A program made the translations under genes and the position numbers. A DNA stretch of 63,093 nt, filler included, from Stramenopiles sp. TOSAG23-2 (taxonomy: Eukaryota), in the NCBI GenBank assembly GCA_900128395.1. It is 6 parts of 6 records of this genome, joined end to end, with 100 filler letters (N's around TTAATTAATTAA, not from the genome) between each part and the next. Parts side by side here need not be neighbours in the genome. Positions count along the whole stretch, not along the records: positions 1 to 28,129 come from LT649407.1; 5 more parts are not named here. One strand, written 5' to 3'. The notes beneath the pieces are model-generated. The model searched no databases. It was given only the letters and a program-made list of their open reading frames with translations, and was not told the origin of the DNA. Shown piece by piece: positions 1-14,466 of this stretch. The first letter of the stretch is position 1. Each line of letters opens with the position of its first letter.

Positions 1-2143
1 TTATAACATCGTTTATTTAAATACAAACGTAGCATGTGTGTAGTGTATAGGGAATCGATGGAAAGAAAGAAAAAAGAAGGAAAGCGATGTGTGAGATAGT
101 TTTGAATAGTATCAAATATATGTTCTTGTGTTCTATCAGAATTGATTTCATTGATGGTTAGTCTGACATCATTAAAGTATTATTATTATTACTCCTGTAT
201 TTCATTTATATCATCTCATACTACAATCGATGTTTAATTTTTGCCAGTTTGGGTTGTGTTGTTGTGTTGTTGATTCATGTACAAGGAACTTTGAAATATG
301 TACTTGGTAGTATACTATTTTGGAATCTATTAAAAAAACCCTATTAAAGAACATGAAAATAGCACATGAATGATATTTACCAGCAACTTCATCTTTATTG
401 ATCTTATACTTTACTCTGCTGTTATGAACAACAATAGAGTCAATTATTGCAGGAGTACAACATGGCTGATATTCCCATTTTTTGTCCTTATGCTTAAATT
501 GCATGATGTGTGCCCCGGCTACGAATTTGTTCCACCCATAAAAACCTTTGCGTTGATATGGTTTCCCCCATGCCTTGCCTGTTTTGCCATAATCACTAAT
601 CATGTCTTTTAACCATGATGACTTTGTCCACAGCAATTGCTACAGCAATTGCTGTTGACAATGTTTTTTTGGGGTATCCTGTATTTGTTTTAAAATATTA
701 AATGTTTTTTCAATTAATTTGGTTATGTTCGTCTTACGCCTATCCAATTTATAACCTGAGTCCATTTGCTTATTCATATATATATTTAAAAGTCTTTTGC
801 TGAGTGTGAAAGTAACATCTCATTAGATACAATATGCTGTCAGTTTTAAATACCTCATATTAATATCACCCCAAATAGACTGTTTTGCTCTTAATAATTG
901 TTGCAGTAATTGTTCCTTCTTTTGTTTTCTTCACTTCTGTTAGTTGCTCTTTTGCTTCATGTACTTTATTTTTCACATCAGCAATAAATTCATTGTCATT
1001 TTTCTGGGCGTTTCTATACAAAAAAAGTCTTAAATTGTTTGCATATTCTATTGGCATAAGTGTTTTAGATATAGAGATATCAGTTATGAAAGTGCAGGTA
1101 AAAAATGCCATATAGATATGAAAAAAGACATTATAATCATATCTGTGAAATCTGTAGCACTTGAAATGGATTATAATTATAATGGAATCCCAAACCTACT
1201 AGCTGATAATGTAGGATTTATATAGAACTTAAAAACATGTATGTCATTGGAAAGGAAGAAAGATTATTGCCTTGAAGATATATTTTTTTATTTATCAACA
1301 AAGATGAAGAAGAGTGGAAAGAATATAAACGACGCTACTTTGCATTAGATGGCCAATCGGCTATAGTCAGGTCAGGTAGGTGGGTAGATAATGGTGATGG
1401 TGGTAAATCTAAACAAATCATAAAAGATTAGAAAAATAACAATACAAACAACAAAACAAATCAATAAGATATAAACATAAATTTAAAACATACACAACAA
1501 AATGCCTGAGGTAGGAGTCATAATGAAACAGGCAGAACATTTAAATAATGAAATGGTCAAAAATACATTTCATAATACGATATGCATTAAAATGTGCATT
1601 TAAATGTCACAAGGGAACATGATTGTTGTAGGAGATTTGACAATGCGATTTCAATCCCTCTTTCATGTATTTCAAGACGTTATCAAGCAACAATGGTAAT
1701 AAAAAAAAACAAATTTTTTTTCATCTATCACAGGATGGACATACTGACATTTTAAATGATAATCATCTTCTGCACTTCTCAATATGGTTTTTCAATTCAC
1801 AAATGTGGAATGGATTACCAAGTCCTTCATTTCACCTATCAAATGATGATAATTTATACTTGAACTGGAAATAAGAATACTACAAACTATATTATTATGA
1901 ACAAACTTTAATGTACAGGTGTATGTAAATGTAAAATGCTTTTTGATATATATGCTATAAACATACAGAACAACATCTTGAAATACAACAAAATAGATAC
2001 AACAAGATAAAACAAAACAGAAAAAAAACAAAGATGGCGTCCTTCCCACCACCAATGGTGGATAGAAAGCAGAAATCAAAAAACATCTTGAAATACAACA
2101 AAATAGATACAACAAGATAAAACAAAACAGAAAAAAAACAAAG

Positions 2144-3870
2144 ATGGCGTCCTTCCCACCACCAATGGTGGATAGAAAGCAGAAATCAAAATTGAAATCC
2201 ATGATGAGTAGAAAAAGTATTAGTAAAAAAGAAGCGGATGCAATTAAAAACATGATGATGCGTGAAGCAGTGAACTTGCAAGTCGAAGATAAAGTTGTTG
2301 ATAAAGATGATGATAATAATAATAATAATAATATGATGAAGAACATGGAAGGTAAAGATTTGAGACAAATGTTACAACGTAAAAGTTTATCGCCTGAAGA
2401 TGCTCGTATGATTAAAGAAATGATGATTCGAGAAGCACAACAAAATAGTAATAATAATAATAATAACGATAATATAAATAATATTGGCCAACAAGTCCTT
2501 GATACAAATGATAATATTATTAATAATAAACATGATAACTTTGGCATAGCAGTTTCTTCCAACGTAATACGAGCACCACCAATACCAAAAAAAGAAAAAA
2601 AGCGCCGTCCATCCAAAGTTTTATTTGATTATACATCACAGCAAGTTGACGAAGTTGATATATCCGTAGGTGAAGAAGTTGAAATCATTGAAAAACAAAG
2701 TGATGGTTGGTATCGTGTACGTAAAACTTCAAATTTAGAAGAAGGTTTAGTCCCTGGTAATTATTTAAAAGAACATGATGTGATAGCAAATAAAAAAAAG
2801 GATGGAAATATCAGTGTAAATAGTTTATTGAATAAAAAAAGTTTAACAGCAAGTGAATCAGATGATATACGAAGAATGATGACAATGTTGTCTGGCAAAA
2901 GTAGTACAAATAATCAAAGTGCCAATGATCCATTTCCTGATTTTTTAACCCAACAGAATAACAATGCTTCTGTCTCGACGATGGGTAATAGTAATAATAA
3001 TAACAATAATAATTCAAATAAAAGTCAAAACTTCAATAATAATATAAAAAGAAGTGAAAGCAATGATGATGTTGATAAAATTGGTGATGATACTTTATCA
3101 AGACATGCATTAGAATATTGGAATATCACAAAAGGTAATTGGATCACCGTTGATGTAGCATTAGATATAAAAATGGGTGTTGTTTTTGTTCGTATTCCAG
3201 AAGTTGAAAATGTCTTAACTATACAAATTTCAAGTATATCTGCCATTGATGTTGATATTGATCCAGCATCTACGATGAATCTTGCAAATAGTATTGGTAG
3301 TATTAATAATAAATTTTGTTTCCGTATAACAGAACGTGAAGATCAATCATATGTATTTGCTACTGGTAAGTATAATTATGTTATTATTACATCCTGTGTA
3401 TATATATACATCGACTAACAAGCATAATCTTTTATGTAATATATATAGGTAATAATGCCGTGCGAGATACATTCTTTGCAGATATACAAATGATTATTGA
3501 TCGCGAAGTTGAAACAAGACTGGATAATTTAATCATATTTGGCGATGATGATAGTTCAAAGCCTAAAGTAAGCGCATTAAGGCGCGCATCTATTCATGCA
3601 ACAAAAGTGCTTGCTAAAGCAAAAGCGTTATTTCCATCTAAAACAAAAGAGAAAGCAGTTGTTGTAGAGCCATTGGAATCAACTAAATCGCTTGAAGATG
3701 AGGTCGATGATCTAATCAATTTATCTAATGCTAGAGTTGATGATGTAGATGATCTAGACGATGATAATATTATACCACCACCTCCAATTGTTGAGAATGA
3801 TGGTTCCAATACGAATTTCACGCAACGGATGAATGACTTTAATATAAATGACGATGGATTTTTGACATGA
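2144..3870 (+). CDS. SH3-domain protein with a possible PH-like region; two exons (2144..3365, 3449..3870)
   Basis: SH3 motif VLFDY...EVDISVGEEVEII...DGWY...EGLVPGNYL preceded by a PPIPKK motif. Intron 3366..3448 (GTAAGT...ACTAAC...TAG) joins ORF 2144..3418 in frame to ORF 3460..3870. Confidence 0.8.
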
Positions 3871-3897
3871 CTTTATTTTTTTCTAAAATCTAAATAA

Positions 3898-4890
3898 TTA
3901 TAAAAGTTTTTGCGATAGATTCCTTGCATAACTCTTATCTACTGACTTATCATTTGTAACTATTACTTTCGGTGAACTATTACTTATACCTAATTCTTTT
4001 TCGTATTGAACAATATTTGTATTTTGATTGTTTTGTTTACTACCAAGATTAATAACATTATTATTCATTACTTTGTTTCTAGTTAAATTTCGTAATAATA
4101 CATGGGTTTTTGGTTTTGATACATTATTGTTTCCCGTCATCGTCGTCGTTGTTGTTGTAGTCGTTGTTGTTACATTGCCATTAGCATCATTGTTACTATC
4201 GTTTTTTTTAAAAACGATTTTATTTCTGCCATTAGCATTTGTCGCATTACTATTACTATTAGAATTATTTGTATTAATAAATGATGAATTATTCCCATTT
4301 GCTAGCGATGCTTGTCTCATACGTTTTTGATTTTTTACACGTTCTAATGCATCCAAATCAACAAAACCTTGTGGAAAATTCAAAAGATATACGCGTTCAA
4401 ACGTATCAATACAAAACAATATATCATACGTCTTTTTCTCGCTCATTTCGTATACATCATGCGCAGATAGCAATATCGACATGGAATGAACGTCGGCTAC
4501 AAGAAGTAGATCTTTCAATTGTTTCAGTGACGATAAAGTAATATGAGTATCTTGATGAAATTGTTTCAATAATTTAAATAATTGCGCATATTGTTGTCGT
4601 GGAAATGCTTCAACCTCAGTCATTGTCGTTTTGTCTTCACGTCCTCTCACTATCAAACTCTTAGTACGTTTGGATGACGATGAGGATGACGGTTTCTTGC
4701 GTTTATTATTTTTCTTTTCATCTACACATACTGGGCAATGCCACGTACCTTTGGGTACAGTTTTTAATGGAGGTTTCAAACATTTTATATGAAAAACAAG
4801 ATTACAAGTATCGCAACATAATAAATCACCACCTTTTTTACAGTAATAACATACTGAATTATGTTGATCTTCTTCATCTTTTGAAGGCAT
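3898..4890 (-). CDS. PHD finger protein
   Basis: N-terminal CYYCKKGGDLLCCDTCNLVFHIKCLKPPLKTVPKGTWHCPVC is a C4HC3 PHD finger. Low-complexity Asn/Thr-rich tail. Confidence 0.85.
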   Translation of the reverse strand: MPSKDEEDQHNSVCYYCKKGGDLLCCDTCNLVFHIKCLKPPLKTVPKGTWHCPVCVDEKKNNKRKKPSSSSSSKRTKSLIVRGREDKTTMTEVEAFPRQQYAQLFKLLKQFHQDTHITLSSLKQLKDLLLVADVHSMSILLSAHDVYEMSEKKTYDILFCIDTFERVYLLNFPQGFVDLDALERVKNQKRMRQASLANGNNSSFINTNNSNSNSNATNANGRNKIVFKKNDSNNDANGNVTTTTTTTTTTMTGNNNVSKPKTHVLLRNLTRNKVMNNNVINLGSKQNNQNTNIVQYEKELGISNSSPKVIVTNDKSVDKSYARNLSQKLL

Positions 4891-5640
4891 GTTTGTATTC
4901 TATATAAAGGTGTTTCCAATGTTTACTTTGTTTTCTATTGTATTGTAATAATGTTGTTTCGTTCGCTCTATTGTATGTACCTATCTCTAATCTCTCTATG
5001 TTTTTTGTTCCCTCATCTCTCTCCTGCACACATCAGCTCTCATTCCCAGAGCTCAATGTTGTTTCGTTCGCTCTATTGTATGTACCTATCTCTAATCTCT
5101 CTATGTTTTTTGTTCCCTCATCTCTCTCCTGCACTACATGCAATTGATCAGTCATTCATATATGTATTCAGGATATGTACCTCCAAACAATCTAAATCAT
5201 TATTAAAAATAACACTATTTATCATTGTTGTTGTGGTTTTTCATCATCATCACATTTGGATGTTATCACATTGCAAAACCTCTTTATCTTAATCTTTGTT
5301 CTTTGTGAGCTCTGGGAATGAGAGCTGATGTGTGCTGGTGTGTGGTGAGAATGGATCTTATAGGCCGCTACACAACACACAACAACATAATTCATAGGAT
5401 ATATGTTTGTAGTGTTAGTGATTTAAGTACAAAAACAAAAAAAAGAAATGAAGTTATAAAGTAAAAATACTGATAATGCTTTAATAATCTATATATACAC
5501 ACACATTTTAAAAACTTTTTCTATTTTTATTGCCATTGTAAATTTTTATATTTCTCTACAATATTACGTTCTTTCTCTAAGAATTTAATAGCATCATTCA
5601 TTCGGTCCATTCCTAATTTTCTATTTTTTCTCAATGCCGT

Positions 5641-8600
5641 TTATTGCCATTGTAAATTTTTATATTTCTCTACAATATTACGTTCTTTCTCTAAGAATTT
5701 AATAGCATCATTCATTCGGTCCATTCCTAATTTTCTATTTTTTCTCAATGCCGTATCGTGATCTTTCATGGCAATACGGAGTTCACCAGTAATTTTGTCA
5801 TCTCTAGCTGTTTCATATTCCAATAAGGCCTTGTAACCTTTATCATCTGGTCGTGCCACATGCCATCTTTTTGAGCAACCACCAATGCCAAACTCGCTTT
5901 CTTGAACCGAGTCGCAACAGCTCCAACGGCGTTTATAATGGGCGATGCATTTAACAGTATCTGCTTTTTTGCCTCGGAAAGGACAGCTTCGTGGACACAT
6001 AACTGAAAATTGCCCAGGATGAAACTCACATGCTTCTGAATGATTCTGAACTTCTGAATATAATTTACAGCAATGCAGACATTTAGCTTTACGATTTTGA
6101 TGAGTCTTTAATAATGAACGTGGTACATTTGGACGAACAATGCTATCCTCAGGCTCATATAGACCAGCCAATTCTCGTTCCTTACGGCGATGTCTAGCCC
6201 ATGCAGGTTCATTATCTTTACTAAATTCACCACCAAATTCATTGTAGCCAGCAGTACCATGCATTTTCCGCCTTGCTTCTTGGCGCTCCTCATTCGTAAC
6301 TCTACGTAGATCGAACTCATGTTTAACCAATGCGTAACGTAATTGGAATGCTTTACGTTTTCCAACATAGGAGCGTAACCACATGTTCCATGCACTGAAT
6401 GCAAACTCCAACGCTTTCATTTGATATTTGTAGAACATTTCTTTTCCTAACACAGATTTACGCAATCGCAATCTTTCATCTCTATCATGCTGACGGCGCA
6501 ATGCCTTCATTTGAACACGTTTTTTATGGTATATAACTGCATTTGCGCGTATGGCCTCTTGCAACATAATGAGCCTTCGCTCAATGACACACAGTTCGCT
6601 GCGAGTAGCAATTGTTTGAGCCAGTATGTAAAAATATTGATAATGTAGCTCTTTATATAACGTATCCGTTTCGAAACGTTGTGACCGACCATGCAATACG
6701 GTGGTATCCATGAACTTTGTCAACTCTTCTACTTTCCTACGCAGGATCAATAAACGTCGTACTTCCGGTTTTAAATGATTCACCAAAGCTTGTTGTTCTT
6801 TTTCGTAATTCAATGCATCGTCCGCAATTTCACGCTCCTTACGTGCAATGACACGTAGACGCTGTTCCTCTTGATTTCTTTTCCTTGAGTGGAAATTTAT
6901 ACGTTGCATATTTTCTTTTGCCTTTGCTAAACGTCCAAATGCCATGAAAAATTCATTTGAACTTTGCATTAAGCTCAATTCTGCTTTGCAACAATCCATC
7001 ACAGCACGCTGGACAGCAATTGCTAAATCAGCACTTGCTTTTGCAAATTTCAATCGTGATTCTAATTTTGCCCTGTCACTAGCAGATGGCGGTTTCCCCA
7101 AACGCTTTTTTCGCCTCATTTTACGTTTTGTTCGTAGCAATGCCTCTTTATCTTGTTTGCGCCAAGCCTTTGTCTCTGACACTTCATCGGCGAAATGTTG
7201 CATTGATGGAGGTGGTAATTCATCTTCATCCGATGAACTTTCTTGAGAATCATAATCTACACTATCTTCATCCTCTTCATCATCTTCATCGCCATCATCT
7301 TCACCTTCATCTGATGATGAACTGACATCATCAAAAGCCAATTCACTTTTCATTTGTGCTTCTTGCCTTAGACGCATGTCTTCTAATTGCATTGCTTTTC
7401 CCAACTCATCTTCCAACATCATTTGTGCAACTTCACGTTTGATTCTTTGTCTTTCCGCAGTTTTCTTTTTCATTTCAGCACGACGTAATGCTTTTCTACT
7501 TGGCTTTTGCTTTGGTTCAGATCCACCAACATCGTATTTGCTTTTACGACTGTAAAATTCTTCGTCTTGTAAAAACTTCTTCATTTCCCTTTCCGCATTT
7601 GCCATAGCACGCCGTTCAATCAAACAAAGCTTCATCTCTTCCTTGTAAAATGCTTTGCATTCCTTCTCAATTCTTTGCATAGCTTCTCGCTCTGCTTTTT
7701 CTCTAGCACGTTGGGCTTCCAATTTCAAACGACGCTCTTTTTGCTCCTCGGTTTCCTCCGGCTCCTCATCTTGCAGTACAAGTTTCAGTGATTTACCCCA
7801 TTTAGCCAATGCCTGCCGTAACTCCATCATGCGGCCATTTTGTACTCTTAACAATCGCATATATACTGCGTGGTGCATTGGTATATCTTGTCCACGATTA
7901 TTTTTCTTCGAGGGGAAGACGACACCACTATCTGTTTCCGCTCGTTCGCGAGCTTGTATGCTACCATTAAATATCTCACGAGCAACTTCTTCAGCATATT
8001 GATTTACAACATCATCTAAGAAAATCAACCAAGACTGTTCATCTTGGACAAGAGTTTCTTCTTTTTTCCTCCACTTTTCGCGTACCTCATCTTCAGCTTT
8101 CTTCTCTTCCTCTTCTAAAAATTCTTTTTTCAATCGTTTAACCGTATTTCGTTTCAATCTAAATTTTGCAATACGATTTAGTGCAACTGGCTTTTTACCT
8201 TTTCCATCCCATGAATTGGCTTCTTTGAGTTTTTGCACTTCCACTTCGTCTACATATGCCTTTGCTTTGTCTTTAATTTCCGATTGCTTCAACTGCGTGT
8301 TTAATTTTGCAGGGGCAGCCGCGGCTGCTACTTTCTTTGCATCAGACACTTCTGCAGTAATCTCCTTCTCCCATCTCTCCCATCGCACCATGTATGCCGT
8401 ATTGTCATCTTCAATCTTCATTTCTTTACGTTCTCGAATCTCTTGAATACGTTCATGGTCATAAAATTTCTTCATAGCTTCATCTTCGGCTGCCATTGCT
8501 AAATTTTCTGCATTACGAACTGCTTGATAATGTTTGACAACGTTATCAACAGGAAGGTAGATCTTCGTTCCGACTGGCCATCCTCCACCAGGCATTACTA

Positions 8601-11600
8601 CTAATGTTGGTGGCATAGGATCTGCCAAACGTTTAGCACGTTCCTCGCGCTCTCTAGCTTTTTTTTCCTCTGCTTGTGCATCAACAAAAGCTTTTGGCTT
8701 TCCCATACGCCCGCAATCTTTACACTTCTCAGCTTCTGCTGGATTTTCACAATCACATATTGTACATTTCCATCCCGCTTTTACAAGCGCAGCGACACGT
8801 ATTTTTTCCATCATATCACGCTGCCACGCTTCTTCAGCAATCATTTTTTCGTTTTCCTGCTCTTCCTTCCGCTTCTCTAAAAATGCTGTTTCCGCCCTAA
8901 CAACCTTTAACGGTTTCTTTGTATCACACCCACGGCATCTTACATCAATCCTTTTGTTTGTTCGGCCACAAAATTTACACAACCATTTAAATAAAACATC
9001 TGGATTATTTGCTTCCGCTTTTCTGCGTTCCTCCGCCTCTTTCTCCATTTCTGCCAATTTGATTTTTGCAAGTTCTTCCGCATCCGCTGCATTTCGTTTA
9101 TCCTTTGCCGTAGCTTTTCCAATTTCCTCTTCTCCCTCGCCTGGGCGATAGAATAAGACGCGGACACGCCCCCATTTGCGTACAAAAAGCACTTGTCCAC
9201 GCCTACAATAGTGCAACCGCTCTGGTAATTCGCTAACTTTCAGAAGTAATTCTTGAGCCGATTCAAATTTCAGTGTCGAATCTTCAACCTCTTTTTTTGC
9301 CTGTTTCATTTGTTCTACAGCCCATTCTCTCCAACTCAACATTTCTCTCACTTGCAGCTCAACTTCTTTATGCTCCTGCTCACGAAGGACAGCGCCACTT
9401 TCCGTTTGAGCACGTTGCTCGGATGCAATGTATAATTGTTTTGTTGCTTCCTCTAATCCTTCTACAGCTACATTATGTTTATTTTGTGCCTTGTGGCGCC
9501 TTTGTAAAATTTTCTCACACCGGCTATGTTCCTCTTCCACTTCTGCCATACGATCTTCAAACATGACAAGCTCCATGTGACACTGGCCTAAGCGCCTCGT
9601 AAATTGCGCTTTATGCGTTTTCATTAATGCTCTGGCCGCACGTAATTCGTTCACACGAAACATGAAAATATCTAACCGTGCGTAGTACCCCAAAACATCT
9701 CGATGACGTGCGCGTCTTTTTCCAATAAAATCCCGTACCCTCAATGGCACTTGCAACATACCACCCATAAATGTTTCCGCTTGACTGCCTACAATTTGTT
9801 CCAAATTATCAACACCTTCGCTTACAATTTCAGTGTTCATTGCTAATGCAACTTGCTCTGATGCTTTCATATCTTCCGTTCCTGCTAATTTTGCTGCTTC
9901 TACGCGACTAAGTTGCATCGCCAAAGCGTTTGCTGCTTCTTGTATAGAATAGCGATGTCTACCGTACATTTCCTCGACATCTTTTTCAAAACGCAGATCG
10001 TAGAAGCCAGGCTCCGATTCCAAGACTAAACGCTCTTCTTTTTCTGTTCGTCTACGCTCTGCATATATTCGAATTAATTGTGCAGCGTCTTTAAAACGAA
10101 ATGCACCATGTTCTTCGTTCCTATGTCTTTGTATTGCATCTTCCAATTCTGCTGAGATGGTACATAATTGTGAAAGATCTTCATGCGATTTAGTTAACTC
10201 CATATTGCAATCTTTGCACCGAATTCCTTTGCCATACAATGTTGCCCAGTATTTTATATTTACATGTTCGCATCGGGAAACGGGTGGCAACGCTTTTTGA
10301 AAATTCGGTATTTTCAACTTGTTACGCATTAAATCACGTTCCAATGCAACTTGTTGCAGATATTCCATCCTACTTTCTTCCGCTATACGTTCGTCTTCTT
10401 CCCTTCTTAATTCTGCCGCAGCCGCCTCCGCTTCCCTATTCAAGCGCGCTTCTTCCTTTTTTCCAGCCCACACTTCTTCCCATTTTCTACGACAGTTTAA
10501 ACGCGCAACAGCAATTGTTTTTTTTATGTACTTTTCTTTTGCAACGATAACAGCAGCTTCTGGTTCTATAAATTCTGCAAATCCATCCTCCGTGCCTATT
10601 CCTTGCTTAAATTCTTCCATAATTTGCTCGTGTTGCGCCTCAAACTCTGCTTGCATAATAGGAGTTTCTGCCATGTGATATGCAGATGCTTTAGCGTCGG
10701 TAATTGTTTTCTTCATATCCTCTCTCATTTGTTTTCGCAATTCTTCTGCATCTGCCATTCTTTGGTTTTCTGCATCTTGTAAAATTTTCATTTCTCTTTC
10801 AGCAGCTTCTGACCGCGCATTTTTTTCAACCTCGAAACGTATGCGCCGTTTCTCCTCCATAACTGCCCGTCTTGCATCAACACTGGCCATATCTGATTTT
10901 AAAATAACAAATCGACGTTCAGTCAAATTTTCCCATTGCACTGGACTTCCTTCAGCGCCATAATAACAGACAGAATGTAAGACTTGTAAATTCGTTCCTC
11001 CTTGTGTCCATTGAACACGCATTTCAACAACTGATCCAAGTCTCCATCTCTCCTCCTCTTGAAAGTAAAGCTCTAATCGCGAGCCTACAAGCTCCCGTGC
11101 CATTTCCAAATCAACTTGAATTCCCCGGCGTTTACGCATTATAAAAGCCCGCTTCGACTGTTTAATTTTTTTCGCTAATCGTGATTCCTTATACTTCTTT
11201 TGGATTTCGGATACTTTTAGGCGCTTTTTTCTTTCCCTAGCACGCCTCATGTTTTTCAAAGCTTGAACTAAATCAGCCGTTTGTGGGCGCAAATTGTTTT
11301 TCATTTCATTTGACATTTCATCGTCCTCGTAATCATCTACCTCGCTTTCCTTTCTGTCTTCCAAGGAAAATCGATTTCGTTTTTGCTCTAACTCTTCCTC
11401 GCTTTCCTCACCAGGGCGTCTGGGCTTATCCTCATTTGCTGCAAACATATTTGGTTGATCATCAAATGAGCCCATCGACGATTGGTTTGGTTGCTTAAAC
11501 GAAGTACCATCATCTTTTCCTGGTGCACCGGTTATCTGGCGATCAGGCTCTTCGTTTATTGTTCGGTTTGCCGCGTTTGGCGCTTTATGCCCAGCACGTG

Positions 11601-14466
11601 GCCACTTTTTGACTTCTCTCTTTTTCTCACGTTCCTTCGCTTCTATTTCATCTTCACTATCCGAATAAATTTCATCAATTTGTTGTTGATCTATATCTTC
11701 GCCTTGCTCCATTTTTCGCAATTCCGTAATCCTATCTGCTCTCTCTTTTTCTCGCTTTTTAAATTGGTGATCTGCCATTTTGTGATTCTTATCGTTAACT
11801 TTGTCGCTTCGCATTTTTTCCCTCATATCTGCTTCTTGTCTAGCTTGTGCTTCTCTATCCGCAATCTTTCTATCATACCCCATTTGTCTTTTCAATTCAT
11901 CCCTTAAATAGGCTGCTAAATGTTCTTTTTTAAATCGTTGAAAGTGTCCATTTACGATTAAACTATCCCATGTAGTTACTTCATCACCGGCATTTTCTAA
12001 TTTTATTAATTCCTCTAAAAGTACAGCACCACGTGATTTCCCTTGCTTTCGCTCAATTCTTAATTTTTTAACATATGAAGACAGTACACGATTTGTTTTA
12101 GGATCTATAAGCTCCAATGGTTCCGGTTCAATTTGCCGATACCGTCCACGTGTAACAAGCATGTGATCATCTATACTTTCAGTGGAACTAGCCATTTCAA
12201 AACGATACGTTAATTTATTTCCTTGATACTGCCGACTTACTGAATACCTAACTCCAGCTTGACCAGGTGCTCTTACATTATTAAATTTCCCAACTAAGTC
12301 CAATGACATAGCACTACCACCCATGCGGACGGTAATAAAATCATTGGGATCCCCTGCAGCTGGCGCTAGCTCATCAGCTTTTGTTACTAAAAAATCTATT
12401 TGCCATAAACCTACTTTTGGGAATTCAATGCGTCCTTGTATGACACCAAAAGTTGCTTTTCCTAGAATTACATTTTCAACATTCCATTGATCGACACCAG
12501 CTGTTTGTGCCTTGTCTCTACTGCCCCACCAATTTACCCAACCTTCATGTACAATATTTACTTTTCTTAATTTATCATTTTTCCAAAATTTTTTAACAGC
12601 TCCTTGGATATCACCATGAGCCATTTCCCCCATAGTATGTCGTAATCTACCTAATATATTTCCCAATCTAGCTTCTCCTAATTCAACTACTGCCCGTTGT
12701 TCCTGTCGACGATGTTTTGCTTTCCACTCCTCATGATTCAATCGTCGTAAATCTGCTAGGCGCTTGTCTGCTAATTTGGACTCTTCCTTTAATATTTCTA
12801 ATTTACTACCTAACAAGACATCCCTAATTTCACGTTTAGACGCTGCTAATTGATGTCGTAAAGATGGAACTTCTCGAATAGATCGGCCAATTACCATTGG
12901 TAACGATGGAACAAATTCTTGCTCTTTCTCTAAACCAGCTTCTGCTTTTATTTTTTTCTCACGTATTACGGCTAATCTTGGTGCAATTCTTAACTCTTTC
13001 ATAGCTGCTTCATCACGCTCATCTGCTAAATTTTTACATCGAATTTCTAAATCTTTTTTCTCGCGCAACAATTTCATAATTCTTTCTTTGCGCTCATCTA
13101 CAATCACACGCTCAAAGCGATATGCTAAACGTCTACCAACATGCCGTTGTCCTACACCAGCAAGTTCATCTTCAAACTCTTTTTGTTCCAAACGATGCTG
13201 TGCTATATCTTCAGCTACTTTCGTAACCCTTTCTTCCAACGTTAATCGTTCTTCTTCTGCCTCTAGCTGAGCCCGCTTTAGCGTTTCGTATTCCTGTGTT
13301 AATTTACCTTCTTTTTGTTCTAAATCATAATATGCCGTTTTACGCTCCTCAAATGCAGCATCTGTTGGGCCTGTTCCAGCCAATGACATCGATAATGTAT
13401 GATCATCAACACCTGGTACATGGCCAGTTCTAGCATATGATTTTTCATTAAGTGGTTTTCCAAAAATTCCTAATCGTGGAGGACCATCTGATATATCTGG
13501 TATACCTCGTTCTTGTATCTTTAACATCATTTCAACATCATGATCTTCTTGTTGATATGATTTGCCAGATTTTTCATCTTCTTGTTGCGCTTCTAATTCT
13601 TGTCGTTTTAACATTTCGACAACTGCTCTCTCTTCATCAATCGCTAATTTTTTTAATTTTTTTGCCATCACATTACGTTTCTTCTTCAAAGCAAATTGTC
13701 TTCTATTTTCTGCTACTAGTCTACGACGTGCTTCTTCCTTTAATTTTCCTTGTATATATTTTTCTCGCTTTGCTTTAATCATATTATTAAATGCATCTTT
13801 ATCCCGTTGTTTGTACATATCTTCTAGTGCATTTGCCCTTTCTTTTAAAGGTTTTTCATATTCAACCATTGCTCGTCGCTTTTCCTCTTTTTTTATTTCT
13901 TGCAATCGTTCATATCGTCTAATTTTGCGAGCTTTTTCGCGTTCATCGAATAACTTTGTGGCTATAAATATATATAGTAATCAATGTAAGAAAGATGGTT
14001 AGTAAATGTGCATTTATGTGGATATTCGATGATAATAATATAACTTACCTTCTGTCTGTTGTTGATCGATTCGTTCTCTATGTTCCCTAGCTTTTCTAAG
14101 TTTACGTGCAAATGGTGGTTCCACAAATCGAGCACCTTTTGCTGCTAATACTTTTGCTTGCATTCTAGCCTTTTCATATGATTTACCTGCAAACTTAATA
14201 ATTTGATCTGATGTTGGCAATTTTAAAGGTGGTTTCTTGTCAATATCACGTTTACCTCCCAACCTGTCTAATTTTGATTGCAGATCAGAACGATATGGGT
14301 TTACAAAGTTTTTCGCCTCCCGTTCTTCTCGTTCCCATATTAGTTCCATTTTTCGTATACTAAATTCATCTGGATCTAAACCACGATCGATCCATTCGTA
14401 TCGTGCTTCATCTTCCAATTCATCTCGATCGGCACCAAGGCCTTCAAGTCCACCACGTCCAGCCAT
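5641..14466 (-). CDS. Giant (~2900 aa) coiled-coil protein with two RanBP2-type zinc fingers, a Tudor-like segment and a C-terminal Cys/His-rich domain; two exons
   Basis: Intron 13962..14048 (GTAAGT...TATAG on the - strand) joins ORF 14014..14466 in frame to the 2754-aa ORF. Motifs WLCKFCGRTN..CRGC and WKCTICDCEN..CKDC, VGSRLELYF..W, and C-terminal CLHC..CEFHPG..WSCC..GC...WH. Confidence 0.8.
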
